Notes under the pieces: generated by a model | Databases searched by the model: none | The model's input: the letters and a program-made list of their open reading frames with translations, nothing else | What the model was told of the DNA's origin: nothing | Position numbers and translations under genes: made by a program | Source of the DNA: a virus | Length of the DNA: 64,000 nt | Reading direction: 5' to 3' (one strand) | IMG/VR virus record: IMGVR_UViG_3300048929_000741 | Location: 14,351 to 78,350 of that record | Part shown: piece after piece, positions 1 to 11,008 of the stretch | Numbering within the stretch: the first letter of the stretch is position 1 | How the letters are laid out: every line of letters starts with the position of its first letter

Positions 1-41
1 AAAGCTCAAAAGGAAGTAGTTATTGACGGGAGGGTGTAAAT

Positions 42-806
42 ATGACACATAGTTTTGATTCAGAAATAGCAGGGGAATATGGAATTTTAGAAGCCGTTCT
101 CCTCAACCATATTTATTATTGGATTGAAAAGAATCGTGCAAATGAACAAAACTTTTATGACGGTAATTACTGGACTTATAACAGTACAAGAGCATTTAAT
201 GAACTATTCCCTTATGTGTCTGAGCGACAAATTAAAAATGCCCTGAAGCATTTACGTGAAGAGGAGATTATCATTACCGGAAATTACAATGAAAATGCCT
301 ATGATCGTACTTTGTGGTATGCATTGTCTGAAAAAGGATTATCCATTGTGCAAAAACGTCCAATGGAAGAGACAAAAGCGTCCAATGGAAAGGGCGATAA
401 TGTTCGACCTATACCAGATATAAAACCAGATAATAAACCAAATATAGAACCAGATAATAATACAGTATCTAACGATACTGTTCGTAGCACTGACGTGCAA
501 CGCGTAGTTGAGGCTTGGAACTCTTTACCGGCAGTAAAGCACATAGCAAGATTGGTGCCGGAATCTCAAAGGCATGAATGGCTAAAAGTTCGGATAAGAG
601 ATTACGGGATTGATGATGTTCTAAATGCCATTGATAATATTCGCTATAGCCCTTTTCTTCTTGGGCAAAGCAAAGGAGGCTGGACCGTAACTTTTGACTG
701 GTTTGTAAGACCAAATAATTTTCCTAAAGTCCTTGATGGTAATTATCTTGAGAATAAGCCGGAAGAACCACAGCCTACGGATAGCGGAGGAGAGATATGG
801 CAGTAG
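42..806 (+). CDS. Phage replication initiator protein
   Basis: N-terminal wHTH-like segment, low-complexity linker with repeats, C-terminal 'FDWFVRPNNFPKVLDGNY' typical of phage replisome organisers; RBS GGAGGG. Confidence 0.8.
   Translation: MTHSFDSEIAGEYGILEAVLLNHIYYWIEKNRANEQNFYDGNYWTYNSTRAFNELFPYVSERQIKNALKHLREEEIIITGNYNENAYDRTLWYALSEKGLSIVQKRPMEETKASNGKGDNVRPIPDIKPDNKPNIEPDNNTVSNDTVRSTDVQRVVEAWNSLPAVKHIARLVPESQRHEWLKVRIRDYGIDDVLNAIDNIRYSPFLLGQSKGGWTVTFDWFVRPNNFPKVLDGNYLENKPEEPQPTDSGGEIWQ
357..456. repeat. Iteron-like repeats, probable phage replication origin inside the initiator gene
   Basis: CGTCCAATGGAA at 357 and 379 (22-bp period); ACCARATA at 413, 425, 437, 449 (12-bp period). 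Confidence 0.6.
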
Positions 807-1228
807 CGGATAACGAATCAGATAAAATCATAATTTACACTGATGGTTCAGCTCTTAATAATGGTTCTCCTGATTCTGGCTGTGGTTGGGCAGCCAAATT
901 AATCTACAATGGGAAATACCGCCTTAAGAGTGGTGGATGTCGTGGGAAAACTAATAACCAGATGGAAATGTTAGCAGTTTTGAATGCTTTGAAGTCCATA
1001 ACAGATCGAGATATTCCTGTAGTTCTTTACTCAGACAGTAAGTATGTCATTGAAACATTAAACGGAAATTACCGTATGAACAAAAACATAGAACTGTGGA
1101 ATGAGTTGATACCTGTTTATAAGAGTTTCGCTGATATCAAATCAATCTGGATACGAGGTCATAACGGTGAATCCCACAACGAGGAAGTTGACAGAGCTGC
1201 AGTGGAGGAATCAAAGAAATGGCAGTAG
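797..1228 (+). CDS. rnhA: Ribonuclease HI
   Basis: YTDGS, TNNQMEMLA, SDSKYV, WIRGHNG..NEEVD catalytic motifs. Confidence 0.9.
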   Translation: MAVADNESDKIIIYTDGSALNNGSPDSGCGWAAKLIYNGKYRLKSGGCRGKTNNQMEMLAVLNALKSITDRDIPVVLYSDSKYVIETLNGNYRMNKNIELWNELIPVYKSFADIKSIWIRGHNGESHNEEVDRAAVEESKKWQ

Positions 1229-3258
1229 GACAGAAATTATTTGATCCTGATGAAATCCGCAAAACAATAAATGTCATCAAGCCTGATGGTGAACTGTTTG
1301 AGGTTCGATGCCTGGAAGCAAATGGTCGGAAAGTTTACAGTGGATATTTTAAATCTCCGGAATCCTTGATTGACCAGCTGTGCCGGCTAAATTCTACTGA
1401 TAGCAATATTTACATAACCCTGGGCAAGGTGAAGGAAGAATGCTATTCCCGGGAGCAGCGAGAAAAGTTTGTTATGAATGCAAAGAATACGACTAATGAT
1501 AATGACATTGTGGGATATAAATGGCTTTTCATAGATGTGGATCCACAAAGGCCGGCCGGCGTTTCCAGTTCTGAAGAACAGCTACAGAAAGCAAAAGAAC
1601 GTGGCAATCGGATTTATGTATTCATGAAGAATCTTGGATTTAATGATCCGGTAACGGCATTGAGCGGTAACGGTATCCATCTACTATATCGGATACAGAT
1701 TGCTAATAACGATGATAACAAGAAGCTGGTCAAAGCTTGCTTGACCGCGCTGGATATGTTCTTCAGTGATGATGAATTAAAGATTGATACCACCAATTTC
1801 AATCCCTCTCGGATTTGTAAGTTATATGGGACCATGGCTCGAAAAGGCAGCAATACGGAACAGAATCCTCATAGGCTCAGCCATTTGCTTTCAGAGGGCA
1901 GCAGGGAGCCAACGGATAGAATTTATCTGGAAAAGTTAGTTGCTATGATACCTGAAAAAGAGGAGAAACCGCAGAAATATAACAACTATAATCCAAAAGA
2001 ATTCGATCTGGAAGATTGGCTGCAACGGTATAATATCCGGTACAGAAAAGGCAGCTATAGTGACGGGATTAAATACATTCTGGACGAATGTCCTTTTGAC
2101 AGCAATCACAAAGGCAAAGATGCCTGTATCTTTCAGACTCGGTCAGGCGCCATAGGATTTCACTGTTTCCATAATTCCTGCTCAGACAAAACATGGCAGG
2201 ACGTTAGAAAGCTATTTGAGCCTGACGCCTATGAAAAGCGGCAACAGGAGTATGAGCGGAAGATATATTCCCGGCAGCCGGTTCAGCAGCGACCAATTCA
2301 AAGTATAGTTCCAGTCCAAGGGAACCCGGTATTCTTTACTGCGAGGAACATACTGGATCTCATGGTTCCTGAGGAGCGTTTTGTAAAAAGTGGTATTGCT
2401 GATATTGACAAGAAACTGAGGGGGCTAAAAAAGGGATATGTAACTGTTATGTCTGGCTTAAGAGCTTCCGGAAAGTCAAGTGTTATTTCCGAAATGACAT
2501 TGGATGCAGTAGAATCCGGAAATAATGTGGGAATCTTTTCAGGGGAATTGGCTCCAAAGAATTTCATGAGATGGATGGATCTGCAGGCAGCCGGTAGAGG
2601 ATATACGGAGCCTACACAGTTCGAGGGATATTACAATGTATCACGGAAATATAAAGAGCAGATCGCGGATTGGCTGGGGCAACATTTCTTCCTGTATAAC
2701 AACGATTACGGCAATGATTACCGGGCGGTGGCAGAACAGTTTGAAAAAGCTATCGTGGAAAAGAAACTGGACTTGCTGATTTTGGATAACTTGATGGCGT
2801 TCAATATCCTTTGCCTATCGGATAACAAATTTGAAGCACAGACAGCATTTATTCTGGATATGCAGCGGATTGCTAAAAAACACAATGCCCATGTGCTATT
2901 TATAGCGCACCCCAGAAAAGCAATGGGATTTCTTCGACTTGATGATATTTCTGGTACCGCAGATCTAGGGAATGCAGTTGATAATGCCCTAATAGTTCAC
3001 AGGGTTAACAATGACTTTAAAAGACTTGGTAAGCAGATGTTTGGCTGGAATGATAACAACCCCTTGTTTGAATCCACCAACGTTATTGAAATCGCAAAGG
3101 ATCGTGATGGCGGAACAATGGATTATTTCGTTCCCCTGCATTACGAACCAGAAACTAAGCGGTTGAAAAATTCCCCTGCTGAAAACAAAATCTATGGCTG
3201 GAATAAATCAGATGATGGATTCCTGAATGTGGAGCAGGGAGAAATACCTTTTGATTAA
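1219..3258 (+). CDS. Primase-helicase fusion (AEP-like N-terminus, Zn-binding linker, DnaB-like helicase)
   Basis: DVD and SGNGIH prim-pol motifs; CPF..H..CFHNSC; Walker A GLRASGKS; LILDNL, AHPRK, KDRDG DnaB-like motifs. Confidence 0.8.
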   Translation: MAVGQKLFDPDEIRKTINVIKPDGELFEVRCLEANGRKVYSGYFKSPESLIDQLCRLNSTDSNIYITLGKVKEECYSREQREKFVMNAKNTTNDNDIVGYKWLFIDVDPQRPAGVSSSEEQLQKAKERGNRIYVFMKNLGFNDPVTALSGNGIHLLYRIQIANNDDNKKLVKACLTALDMFFSDDELKIDTTNFNPSRICKLYGTMARKGSNTEQNPHRLSHLLSEGSREPTDRIYLEKLVAMIPEKEEKPQKYNNYNPKEFDLEDWLQRYNIRYRKGSYSDGIKYILDECPFDSNHKGKDACIFQTRSGAIGFHCFHNSCSDKTWQDVRKLFEPDAYEKRQQEYERKIYSRQPVQQRPIQSIVPVQGNPVFFTARNILDLMVPEERFVKSGIADIDKKLRGLKKGYVTVMSGLRASGKSSVISEMTLDAVESGNNVGIFSGELAPKNFMRWMDLQAAGRGYTEPTQFEGYYNVSRKYKEQIADWLGQHFFLYNNDYGNDYRAVAEQFEKAIVEKKLDLLILDNLMAFNILCLSDNKFEAQTAFILDMQRIAKKHNAHVLFIAHPRKAMGFLRLDDISGTADLGNAVDNALIVHRVNNDFKRLGKQMFGWNDNNPLFESTNVIEIAKDRDGGTMDYFVPLHYEPETKRLKNSPAENKIYGWNKSDDGFLNVEQGEIPFD

Positions 3259-3273
3259 GAGGAGGTAGGTATT

Positions 3274-3594
3274 ATGACATTAAGCGCACCAAAGCCAACA
3301 CGGGAGGAACGTGCGGCTATGACTAAAGATGAATTGCTAAGAACGGTTTGGCTACTCGATGATGTGCTTGAATCTTTAAGGTGGATACCGACTAAGGAAA
3401 GACTGCCTAAATATGACGGAGAGTATGAAGTAACAGTAAGAACCATACCAGGCTTTAAAGGGGTTGCCCCCGGAGTTGTTCAGAATATAAGAATGGTTTA
3501 TGTTTCTGGGAAATGGAAAAGTCAATGGTTTCAGGAAGTTCCCTATTATCAGGTATTGGCATGGCGTGAAGTTGCAGAGCCGTTTAAAGGGTGA
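3274..3594 (+). CDS. Phage protein (DUF551-like)
   Basis: WIP..ERLP ... VLAW...EPF pattern; RBS GGAGG. Confidence 0.6.
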   Translation: MTLSAPKPTREERAAMTKDELLRTVWLLDDVLESLRWIPTKERLPKYDGEYEVTVRTIPGFKGVAPGVVQNIRMVYVSGKWKSQWFQEVPYYQVLAWREVAEPFKG

Positions 3595-3624
3595 TACATA
3601 ACCTGCTTAGGCAGAAAGGAAAAC

Positions 3625-4050
3625 ATGAATACATATTTGATTACTTTAACAGGATATGATAGACCGGTAACTGCTTACGGTGAAACATCGGGAAAGGCTA
3701 AGTATGATTCCTATTTAGAAATGGGGGACTTGTTTGATGGGTTTGCTGAGTTTTTGCGATTTGTAAAAAGCATAAAGCTGATCCATAAATTTAGACCATG
3801 CGATTTGTTTGGTGATATTGAACAGTTCGAGAGAATGAAAAAATGCCGTGATATCCCATTCGCCTTTATGGGAATGAAGGTGATTTTAAAATCCAGAAGC
3901 AGGGGAGAGATTAAAGGGACCATTGTAGGATCCAATGACAGTATGAATCTGGATATTTGTTTTGATGGGACCTGCCACAAAGAGAATTGTCACCCGCATT
4001 ACGAATTGATCTATTTGGATAATAGCGGAAATGTCATAGCTGAATTTTAA
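3625..4050 (+). CDS. Hypothetical phage protein
   Basis: ORF with AAGGA RBS in operon context. Confidence 0.6.
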   Translation: MNTYLITLTGYDRPVTAYGETSGKAKYDSYLEMGDLFDGFAEFLRFVKSIKLIHKFRPCDLFGDIEQFERMKKCRDIPFAFMGMKVILKSRSRGEIKGTIVGSNDSMNLDICFDGTCHKENCHPHYELIYLDNSGNVIAEF

Positions 4051-4086
4051 ACTGAACCATAATAAAACAGAAAGGATAGGAGAAAC

Positions 4087-4347
4087 ATGACAGAATATTT
4101 AGCAGAAAGAACCCTTGCAAACATGAGATTCGGCTTGTCTGTAAAGAGGCCTGGATTTGCATTTAGTGAGAAAATGGCCCTTGAAATGGGGGTGAAGGCA
4201 TTAGAAAAACAGATTCAGGCGCAGCCAGTAAATGACGGAGCATTCGGTAAGTGCCCGGATTGTGGATATGAATTCAATTCGGAACTTTTATCAGAGTATG
4301 ATTTGAAATTCTGCATTAATTGTGGGAAGAAGATTGGTAACTCTTAA
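4087..4347 (+). CDS. Small Zn-ribbon phage protein
   Basis: ALEKQI..CPDC...FCINCG. Confidence 0.65.
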   Translation: MTEYLAERTLANMRFGLSVKRPGFAFSEKMALEMGVKALEKQIQAQPVNDGAFGKCPDCGYEFNSELLSEYDLKFCINCGKKIGNS

Positions 4348-4370
4348 CCTGTTTTTGAGGAGATGAAGGC

Positions 4371-4823
4371 TTGAAGAAAATATTAGATGCATGTTGTGGC
4401 AGCCGAATGTTTTATTTTGATCGGAATGATCCTGATGTGATATATGCGGATAACCGAGAACTTGAAACAACTCTGTGCGATGGTCGGAAACTTTTAATAA
4501 AGCCAGATGTTCAAATGGATTTTAGAAATATGCCATACAAGGATAATTCTTTTAAGGTAGTGGTATTTGATCCTCCTCACTTGGAACATGCAGGCACCGG
4601 CTCATGGTTAGGGTTGAAGTACGGGATACTTCCAAAGGATTGGCCAGAATATTTAAAAGCAGGATTTAACGAATGCATAAGGGTATTAGAACCGGATGGA
4701 CTATTAGTCTTTAAATGGAATGAAGATCAAATACCGTTGGTCAAGGTGTTGGAAATTTTTGATAGAAAGCCACTCTTGGGGGATCAGAGAGGGAAAACAA
4801 GGTGGTTGGTGTTTATCAAGTAA
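4371..4823 (+). CDS. Small SAM-dependent (amino) methyltransferase
   Basis: ILDACCGSRMF motif I and VVFDPPH motif. Confidence 0.8.
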   Translation: MKKILDACCGSRMFYFDRNDPDVIYADNRELETTLCDGRKLLIKPDVQMDFRNMPYKDNSFKVVVFDPPHLEHAGTGSWLGLKYGILPKDWPEYLKAGFNECIRVLEPDGLLVFKWNEDQIPLVKVLEIFDRKPLLGDQRGKTRWLVFIK

Positions 4824-4929
4824 ACCCGAATTTGACGGATTACTGTACTTTGATAACTTAATATTGATAGTTGGTAGAAATTTCTGTATTATATAAGTTA
4901 GATACGGAATTTATATAGGAGAATGTGAA

Positions 4930-5709
4930 ATGAATGACATGATTGATTTTTTAAATGATGATAGAAATCCTAGTATGTATGGCATTTTGACTGGTATATG
5001 TAAAGGTGAGCATTGGTCTTTAAATGAAGATTTCCTGATCTTAGACGTAGCATACTCTTATTGTGTCGGTGGTTGTGGCGTGGTTGGTAGGATTCCATTT
5101 GAGAAAACGAAACAAGCAAGAGTATTTTTTGAAAGAATTTTTTCTTCACTTAAGGAAAAGAATATATGTGAATTTGAATTTTCATCAGAGGACAATGCGT
5201 TATGTGCAAAGATACTGGATATTTTTTCTGATAAAGAACTATATTCAGAGGAAGAATATTCATATCGGAAAGCAGATAAGTGCGTAGATAATGCTGTTAT
5301 GCCATCTTATACATTTTTAGAAGTAAATAGAAGTTTTATGAAAATGATAGATATATATATAAATGCTGATATGTTGCTTGAACGCTTGAATAACTCATGG
5401 TATTGCCAAGAAGATTTTTTTAGATATAGTAAGTGTTTTGTAGCAATACAAGGAAAGGAAATTGTTGGCATTATATTTGGTTCTGCAAGATTTTTAAATA
5501 TTATTGATGTTGATATTGAAGTGTTAAAAGAACATAGAGGAAAAGGGATTGCTACAACGCTGACTTCTTATTTTGTAGATGCTTGTATTAGTAATGGGTG
5601 GATAGTACAATGGGATTGCGTTGAATCCAATATTAAATCTAGAGCAGTCGCTGAAAAATGTGGATTTCAGTTGTTCAAAAAGAGACCATATTACTGGTTT
5701 ACTTTATAA
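4930..5709 (+). CDS. GNAT family acetyltransferase (moron)
   Basis: EHRGKGIAT acetyl-CoA motif, N..S..VAEKCGF; AT-rich with own promoter and terminator. Confidence 0.85.
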   Translation: MNDMIDFLNDDRNPSMYGILTGICKGEHWSLNEDFLILDVAYSYCVGGCGVVGRIPFEKTKQARVFFERIFSSLKEKNICEFEFSSEDNALCAKILDIFSDKELYSEEEYSYRKADKCVDNAVMPSYTFLEVNRSFMKMIDIYINADMLLERLNNSWYCQEDFFRYSKCFVAIQGKEIVGIIFGSARFLNIIDVDIEVLKEHRGKGIATTLTSYFVDACISNGWIVQWDCVESNIKSRAVAEKCGFQLFKKRPYYWFTL

Positions 5710-5859
5710 AATTAAATTTATATGTGTATTATTAAAAAATTACTAACTATCAGTATTAAGCTGGTAGTTTTTTTGTTGTAGTAAATCCAGAAAACTGAAA
5801 TTTAGCAGCCAACTGCTAAGCGTTGGAGAAAAGAGAAGATCGAGCCGGAGGTGATTTAA

Positions 5860-6801
5860 TTGGGGACAGGTAGAAGCTGGGCTCCTGCGGAAGAATCCTA
5901 CTTGGAGGAAAAATGGGGGACCATATCAATTAAGGGTATTGCAAAGAATTTAAACCGATCAGAGAATGCTATTGTTGTGCGGAGTCAGAGAATGGGTTTA
6001 GGAGCCTTTCTTGACGCTGGGGATTATATTACTTGGAACCAGCTCCAGATTGCACTTGGAATGGGCTTATCAGGTAGTGGATACAAAATGATTTCGTGGG
6101 TAAAGAACAGAGACTTTCCTATACATACTAAACTGATCAGAAGCAAATCGTTCAAAATAGTATTTTTAAATGAGTTCTGGGTGTGGGCGGAAAAGAATCA
6201 GACGTTTCTTGATTTCTCTCGATTCGAGCCTTTGACGTTGGGGGAAGAACCTGCGTGGGTACAAGGGAAACGCAGACATGATTGTGAAAACCGGAGACGG
6301 ATTAAAAATATACCATGGTCTACCTCAGAGGATAATAAATTAATCAGACTGGTTAAGAAGCAGCAATACGGAGTTCTGGAATTATCAAATCTGATGGGGC
6401 GCACTGAAGGAGCAATACAACGCCGACTAATAGATCTTAAGATTAAGGATCGCCCTGTAAAAGCGGATAATACAGTCAGATGGACAGACGGCGAATTCAA
6501 ATTACTTGGTGAGATGATTGTAGCAGGAAAGAAGTACGAGATGATGGCGGCAGTTCTTGGTAAGTCAACAAAAGCCATTCGCGGACGGGTATATCAGATG
6601 TATTTAACAGAGAATCTGGACAAGGCCAGGGCTATGATAGGACAAGGACCTTGGGGTGCTGGTCGCCCAGAACGCAGGATTAAGCATTACCTGCATATGG
6701 ATGAAAATGAGCGTAGGCAGACCAAAGAATTAATAGCAAGATTAGCGGTAGCTCTCCAAGCAGCACCTTTTAGCACAAAAAGAAGGGAGAATAAAATTTG
6801 A
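5860..6801 (+). CDS. Phage DNA-binding protein with repeated W(T/S)..E..L helical units
   Basis: Three Myb/HTH-like repeats (WAPAEE, WSTSED, WTDGE); GGAGG RBS. Confidence 0.6.
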   Translation: MGTGRSWAPAEESYLEEKWGTISIKGIAKNLNRSENAIVVRSQRMGLGAFLDAGDYITWNQLQIALGMGLSGSGYKMISWVKNRDFPIHTKLIRSKSFKIVFLNEFWVWAEKNQTFLDFSRFEPLTLGEEPAWVQGKRRHDCENRRRIKNIPWSTSEDNKLIRLVKKQQYGVLELSNLMGRTEGAIQRRLIDLKIKDRPVKADNTVRWTDGEFKLLGEMIVAGKKYEMMAAVLGKSTKAIRGRVYQMYLTENLDKARAMIGQGPWGAGRPERRIKHYLHMDENERRQTKELIARLAVALQAAPFSTKRRENKI

Positions 6802-6911
6802 AGAATTGGGTTAAATGGGTAAGCGTAGGTGTCGCAATCTCCGTAGGAATTTTTATTACGAAGAACCCTAATTGCTTATGGGCGTTTTTCATTCCGGTTT
6901 TCTGTGAATAA
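6798..6911 (+). CDS. Small membrane protein (37 aa)
   Basis: TTG start after GGGAG; MKNWVKWVSVGVAISVGIFITKNPNCLWAFFIPVFCE is hydrophobic; below the ORF-track cutoff. Confidence 0.5.
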   Translation: MKNWVKWVSVGVAISVGIFITKNPNCLWAFFIPVFCE

Positions 6912-6927
6912 CGAAGGTACATTGGCT

Positions 6928-7083
6928 ATGAAATATAACTTACATATGCTTTTACGAAAGATTGTAATGCGATGGACCGGGAAGAACTGCGGGACCTGTA
7001 AGCATTATGATGGGAGATTTGGTGATGATACTTGTTTCCTCTGTGAACAAAGCGTAAAGGCGGTGGAATATGAACAAAGGTAG
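6928..7083 (+). CDS. Small Cys-rich protein (51 aa)
   Basis: CGTC...CFLC; overlaps next gene. Confidence 0.45.
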   Translation: MKYNLHMLLRKIVMRWTGKNCGTCKHYDGRFGDDTCFLCEQSVKAVEYEQR

Positions 7084-7420
7084 AAAGTATACGATTTATG
7101 CCGTAGATTTTGATGGGACTTTATGCGAAAGTGTTTGGCCTGGAATTGGTAGCCCAAATACTGTACTGATTAATCATTTGATAAGAAGGCGGAGAGAGGG
7201 TAATAAAATAATCCTCTGGACATGTCGGTGTGAGAAGCGTCTGGAAGCGGCTGTTTCATGGTGCAGGTCTCATGGTCTGGAATTTGACGCTGTGAATGAG
7301 AATTTATCTGAAATGTTGGAGTTCTATGGAAATGATTCAAGGAAGATATTTGCTGATGTTTACATAGATGATAAGGCAAAGATTAAAGCACGGTATTGCA
7401 TTCCATTCAAGGCGGTATAA
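7070..7420 (+). CDS. HAD-superfamily hydrolase
   Basis: AVDFDGT, WTCR, DVYIDDK motifs. Confidence 0.85.
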   Translation: MNKGRKYTIYAVDFDGTLCESVWPGIGSPNTVLINHLIRRRREGNKIILWTCRCEKRLEAAVSWCRSHGLEFDAVNENLSEMLEFYGNDSRKIFADVYIDDKAKIKARYCIPFKAV

Positions 7421-7834
7421 ATGATGGAAGAAAATCTGCTTAGAAAATACTGGTCCACTTATACGGACGCTTGGAAACTTATGAAAAATCGTCACATGGT
7501 TGAACCGGAGCATGTGGCACAGATGATAAAAAAGCATGAGAATCCTGTCATGAACCGGGTGTTTTGTCTGGTTGTCTGGCAGGAAATAAAAAGAATTAAA
7601 TCCGGCGGCGTTCCTCTTCAGGACAAGCAGTACGAAGAATGTCTTACCGGAGCCTGGAAACTTTTCAAACAGTACATCTAACCAAATGATTCAGATGAAT
7701 ACTGGAATGGCCTTGTTGATATGATCAGGGCCATGTCCAAGCAATATGACAATTGTAGTTTTATAAGTAATCTCCTGATCCATGTAACACTGGAAGAACT
7801 TGAACGGATTTGGAGAGCGGGAAAACAAAAATAA
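7421..7834 (+). pseudogene. Phage hypothetical gene with internal TAA
   Basis: Frame stays open after TAA 7679-7681 (PNDSDEYWNGLVDM...GKQK) to TAA 7832-7834. Confidence 0.6.
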
Positions 7835-7886
7835 TGAAAGGAGCCGTTCCCCGGCCGGGAGAGTGTACACGGAACCTTTTTGAAAG

Positions 7887-9629
7887 ATGAGAGACTTAAT
7901 TATTGATTGCTTTGCCGGTGGAGGAGGGGCGAGTGTTGGAATTGAGATGGCATTAGGACGACATGTAGACATTGCAATTAACCACAATCCTCAGGCTATC
8001 CGGATGCATAAAACGAATCACCCAGACACACTGCATCTGACAGAGGATATCTTCAAGGTTGACCTGCAGAAGTATGTAAAAGGTCGCCACGTAGCTTTGA
8101 TGTGGGCCAGTCCTGATTGTACCAGCCATAGTAAAGCAAAGGGTGGAAAGCCACGAGAGAAAGGGCTAAGAATTCTTCCCTGGGCAGTATATAAACATGC
8201 GAAAACTATTTTGCCCGATGTTATTTTAATGGAGAATGTTGAAGAGATCCAGCAGTGGGGACCGTTGGATAAAGAGGGGTATCCCATAAAGGAACGCAAA
8301 GGAGAAGACTACCAGAAGTTTGTAAGAGCAATGAAATCGCTTGGTTATGTGTTTGATAGCCGGGAACTGGTAGCAGCTGATTATGGAGCTCCTACCACAA
8401 GAAAAAGATGGTATGCAATCTTCCGGAGAGATGGGAAACCGATTGTTTGGCCGGAACCAACTCATAATAAAAACGGAAATGATGGATTTAAAAAATGGGA
8501 ACCTATCTGGAAGTATCTGGATTTGACAGATTTAGGAAAATCTATCTTTGGTAGAAAAAAGCCACTGGCAGACAAGACAATGAACCGGATTGCCAGAGGA
8601 CTTGATAAGTTTTTATTTAACTGTCCAGAACCATTTATAGTCCAAGTCAACCATGGGGGCGATCACTTCCGAGGTCAGAATATTCATGAGCCTATGCCCA
8701 CCATAACACAGAAACATGGATTTGGAACTGTAACGCCTTATATTGTCCCAATAGGATACGGGGAACGGGAAGGGCAGCTCCCACGGATAAACAGTGCAGA
8801 AGATCCGGTTAGCACGATTGTTGCCAGTGGAAACAAGCATTATTTATGTTCTCCATATATCATGCAGCTGGGACAAACAGGATTTTGCGCAGATAGGAAT
8901 AGATCCCTTGAAGATCCAATGAGTACAGTGGTTACGAAGAATGAACATTGTTATATTAGTCCTCTTTTGATTCAGTATCATTCCCAAACTTCTAAGTCAG
9001 AGGTGAGAGGGCAATCGGTCGATGAACCGATAATGACGATTGACACCAGTAACCGCTATGGACTGGTGGCGGCTTTCCTCACGAAGTTTTATAAGACGGG
9101 AGTGGGACAGCCTTTATGGGAACCGATACACACAATCACAACCAGTCCGGGACATTTTGGACATGTAAGCATTCTTGCGATTAGCAAGGAAGAACTGCTA
9201 AAGAATGGTGTTGATGAAGAAACGGCGCAGAAATGTACTTGGGTGAGTCAGTTTATCATTAAGTACTATGGTGGTGATGTAACTGGAGTAAGCCTAGAAG
9301 AACCGTTACATACGATCGTGACAAAGGATAGATTCGCCCTGGTTACGGTTCTTGGAAACGAGTATGTGATTTTGGATATCTTTCTCCGAATGCTAAAAGC
9401 TGAACCGGAATTAAAACTGGGACAGGGATTTCCGGAAGATTACATCATAGATCATGATTATGAAGGAAAGAAATATGCAGCATCAGAACAAGTGGCCCGT
9501 ATTGGAAACAGTGTTGTTCCCATTGTGGCTGAAGCATTGGTTACGGCTAATTGCCCGCATCTAAAAATTGGAGAGCGAATGCCGAATTTGAAAATTGATG
9601 ACAGCCAGGCACAGCTTAGATTTGCTTAA
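7887..9629 (+). CDS. dcm: C5-cytosine DNA methyltransferase with repetitive variable region
   Basis: FAGGGG, SPDC, ENV, R.R, IGNSV motifs; repeated 'EP(M/L)xTI' units. Confidence 0.9.
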   Translation: MRDLIIDCFAGGGGASVGIEMALGRHVDIAINHNPQAIRMHKTNHPDTLHLTEDIFKVDLQKYVKGRHVALMWASPDCTSHSKAKGGKPREKGLRILPWAVYKHAKTILPDVILMENVEEIQQWGPLDKEGYPIKERKGEDYQKFVRAMKSLGYVFDSRELVAADYGAPTTRKRWYAIFRRDGKPIVWPEPTHNKNGNDGFKKWEPIWKYLDLTDLGKSIFGRKKPLADKTMNRIARGLDKFLFNCPEPFIVQVNHGGDHFRGQNIHEPMPTITQKHGFGTVTPYIVPIGYGEREGQLPRINSAEDPVSTIVASGNKHYLCSPYIMQLGQTGFCADRNRSLEDPMSTVVTKNEHCYISPLLIQYHSQTSKSEVRGQSVDEPIMTIDTSNRYGLVAAFLTKFYKTGVGQPLWEPIHTITTSPGHFGHVSILAISKEELLKNGVDEETAQKCTWVSQFIIKYYGGDVTGVSLEEPLHTIVTKDRFALVTVLGNEYVILDIFLRMLKAEPELKLGQGFPEDYIIDHDYEGKKYAASEQVARIGNSVVPIVAEALVTANCPHLKIGERMPNLKIDDSQAQLRFA

Positions 9630-9705
9630 TTTATTGTTCTTTGATAATTGAATATTGATAGTTGATGAAGTATAATAAATTTATTACAATTGATGGAGGG
9701 GTAGC

Positions 9706-10266
9706 ATGAAAGACGAGATGAAGAGAGTTATCGAAGAAGATATACAAAAGGCAACAGAAATATTAAGAGATAATAAAGAAGATGAATGTGAGACTTTTTA
9801 TCAAAGCCTTATATCGAAATATTCTCCATACATAAAAGGATTTGGAGATAACTTATTTTACATAAGTATGTATGATGATTTTTCTACTACAATGGATAAT
9901 ATTCAAATTTTGCGTGATAAATTAGTTTTATTTAAAGCTGGAGGTTTTATGGATTTTAGTGAAAGTCAAAAAAATTCATCACCCTTAATTACAATTACAA
10001 ATGAAAATAAAAATGAAAACGCAAATTCTGTAAACATTACTATTTCTTTTAACGAAGTTCGAAAAAGCATAGAAAATATGTCGGCACTTACAGATTTTGA
10101 AATAGAAGAAATTCTGTTAAAAATAAATAATCTTGAAGAAATTGTAAATTCTAAAGACAGAAAATCTAAAAAATGGGAAAATGCAAAAGGTATAATCAAT
10201 TGGATTGCAGATAAAGGTGTAGATGTTGGAATTGCATTATTACCGTTACTATTGCAAATAAAATAA
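9706..10266 (+). CDS. Hypothetical moron protein
   Basis: AT-rich; TTGAAT-17-TATAAT promoter 9648-9676; terminator 10272-10304. Confidence 0.7.
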   Translation: MKDEMKRVIEEDIQKATEILRDNKEDECETFYQSLISKYSPYIKGFGDNLFYISMYDDFSTTMDNIQILRDKLVLFKAGGFMDFSESQKNSSPLITITNENKNENANSVNITISFNEVRKSIENMSALTDFEIEEILLKINNLEEIVNSKDRKSKKWENAKGIINWIADKGVDVGIALLPLLLQIK

Positions 10267-10549
10267 TATTCAGCCAGCTATCAATATTTGATGGCTGGTT
10301 TTTTATTGCAAAAAATGAAAGGAGGCTGGATCTCCTGCGGGGCAAAGTCATGACGGTTCCTTTCAAAAGAAACCATTTATTAAATACACGAGAGAAACAG
10401 GGAGAGTTCCGTTCATTGGAACAACACAATACGAGGGATTTGTGAGAGCTCGCCTTTATTCACACACAGGCTGTAATGTGTATGATGGAAAGACGATTAA
10501 AAGCCAACCCATCATTATTATAGTCAAATATAATTTATTGGAGGATATA

Positions 10550-11008
10550 ATGGAGGAAATTAAACGACTGGTGAAACAATTTCGAGATGCAATAGATAAA
10601 GCGAGAGATGCAGGGGAATTTGATAAGGACTTTTCATTTTACAAATTTCCATGTGGGTGCTGCGGTGATGCCAGTGAGTTATTAGCTCAATTTTTATTGG
10701 AAAACGGTATTACAACATTTTATGTATGGGGTATGTATTCCAGTAGTCTGTCTGAAAGTCCTCAATCTCATGCGTGGCTATTGGATCATAATCATACTAT
10801 TATAGACATCACTGGTGATCAGTTTAGAGATAATCCTATTTATCTGAATTATTATAAATCAGTCTATGTTGGAGACGAAGATGATTTTCATAGATTATTT
10901 AGAGTTAATCCAAGAAATATTAAAAAAAATATTGGCATAGGTTCATTGGCGAGCCACTGCCAACCGAGGTTATATAATTTGTATGATAAGATCATTAAAC
11001 ATAGTTAG
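10550..11008 (+). CDS. Protein with Cys-His-Asp (transglutaminase/papain-like) motif arrangement
   Basis: CCGDAS...HAWL...IIDITGDQF; ATG 10550 after GGAGG. Confidence 0.55.
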   Translation: MEEIKRLVKQFRDAIDKARDAGEFDKDFSFYKFPCGCCGDASELLAQFLLENGITTFYVWGMYSSSLSESPQSHAWLLDHNHTIIDITGDQFRDNPIYLNYYKSVYVGDEDDFHRLFRVNPRNIKKNIGIGSLASHCQPRLYNLYDKIIKHS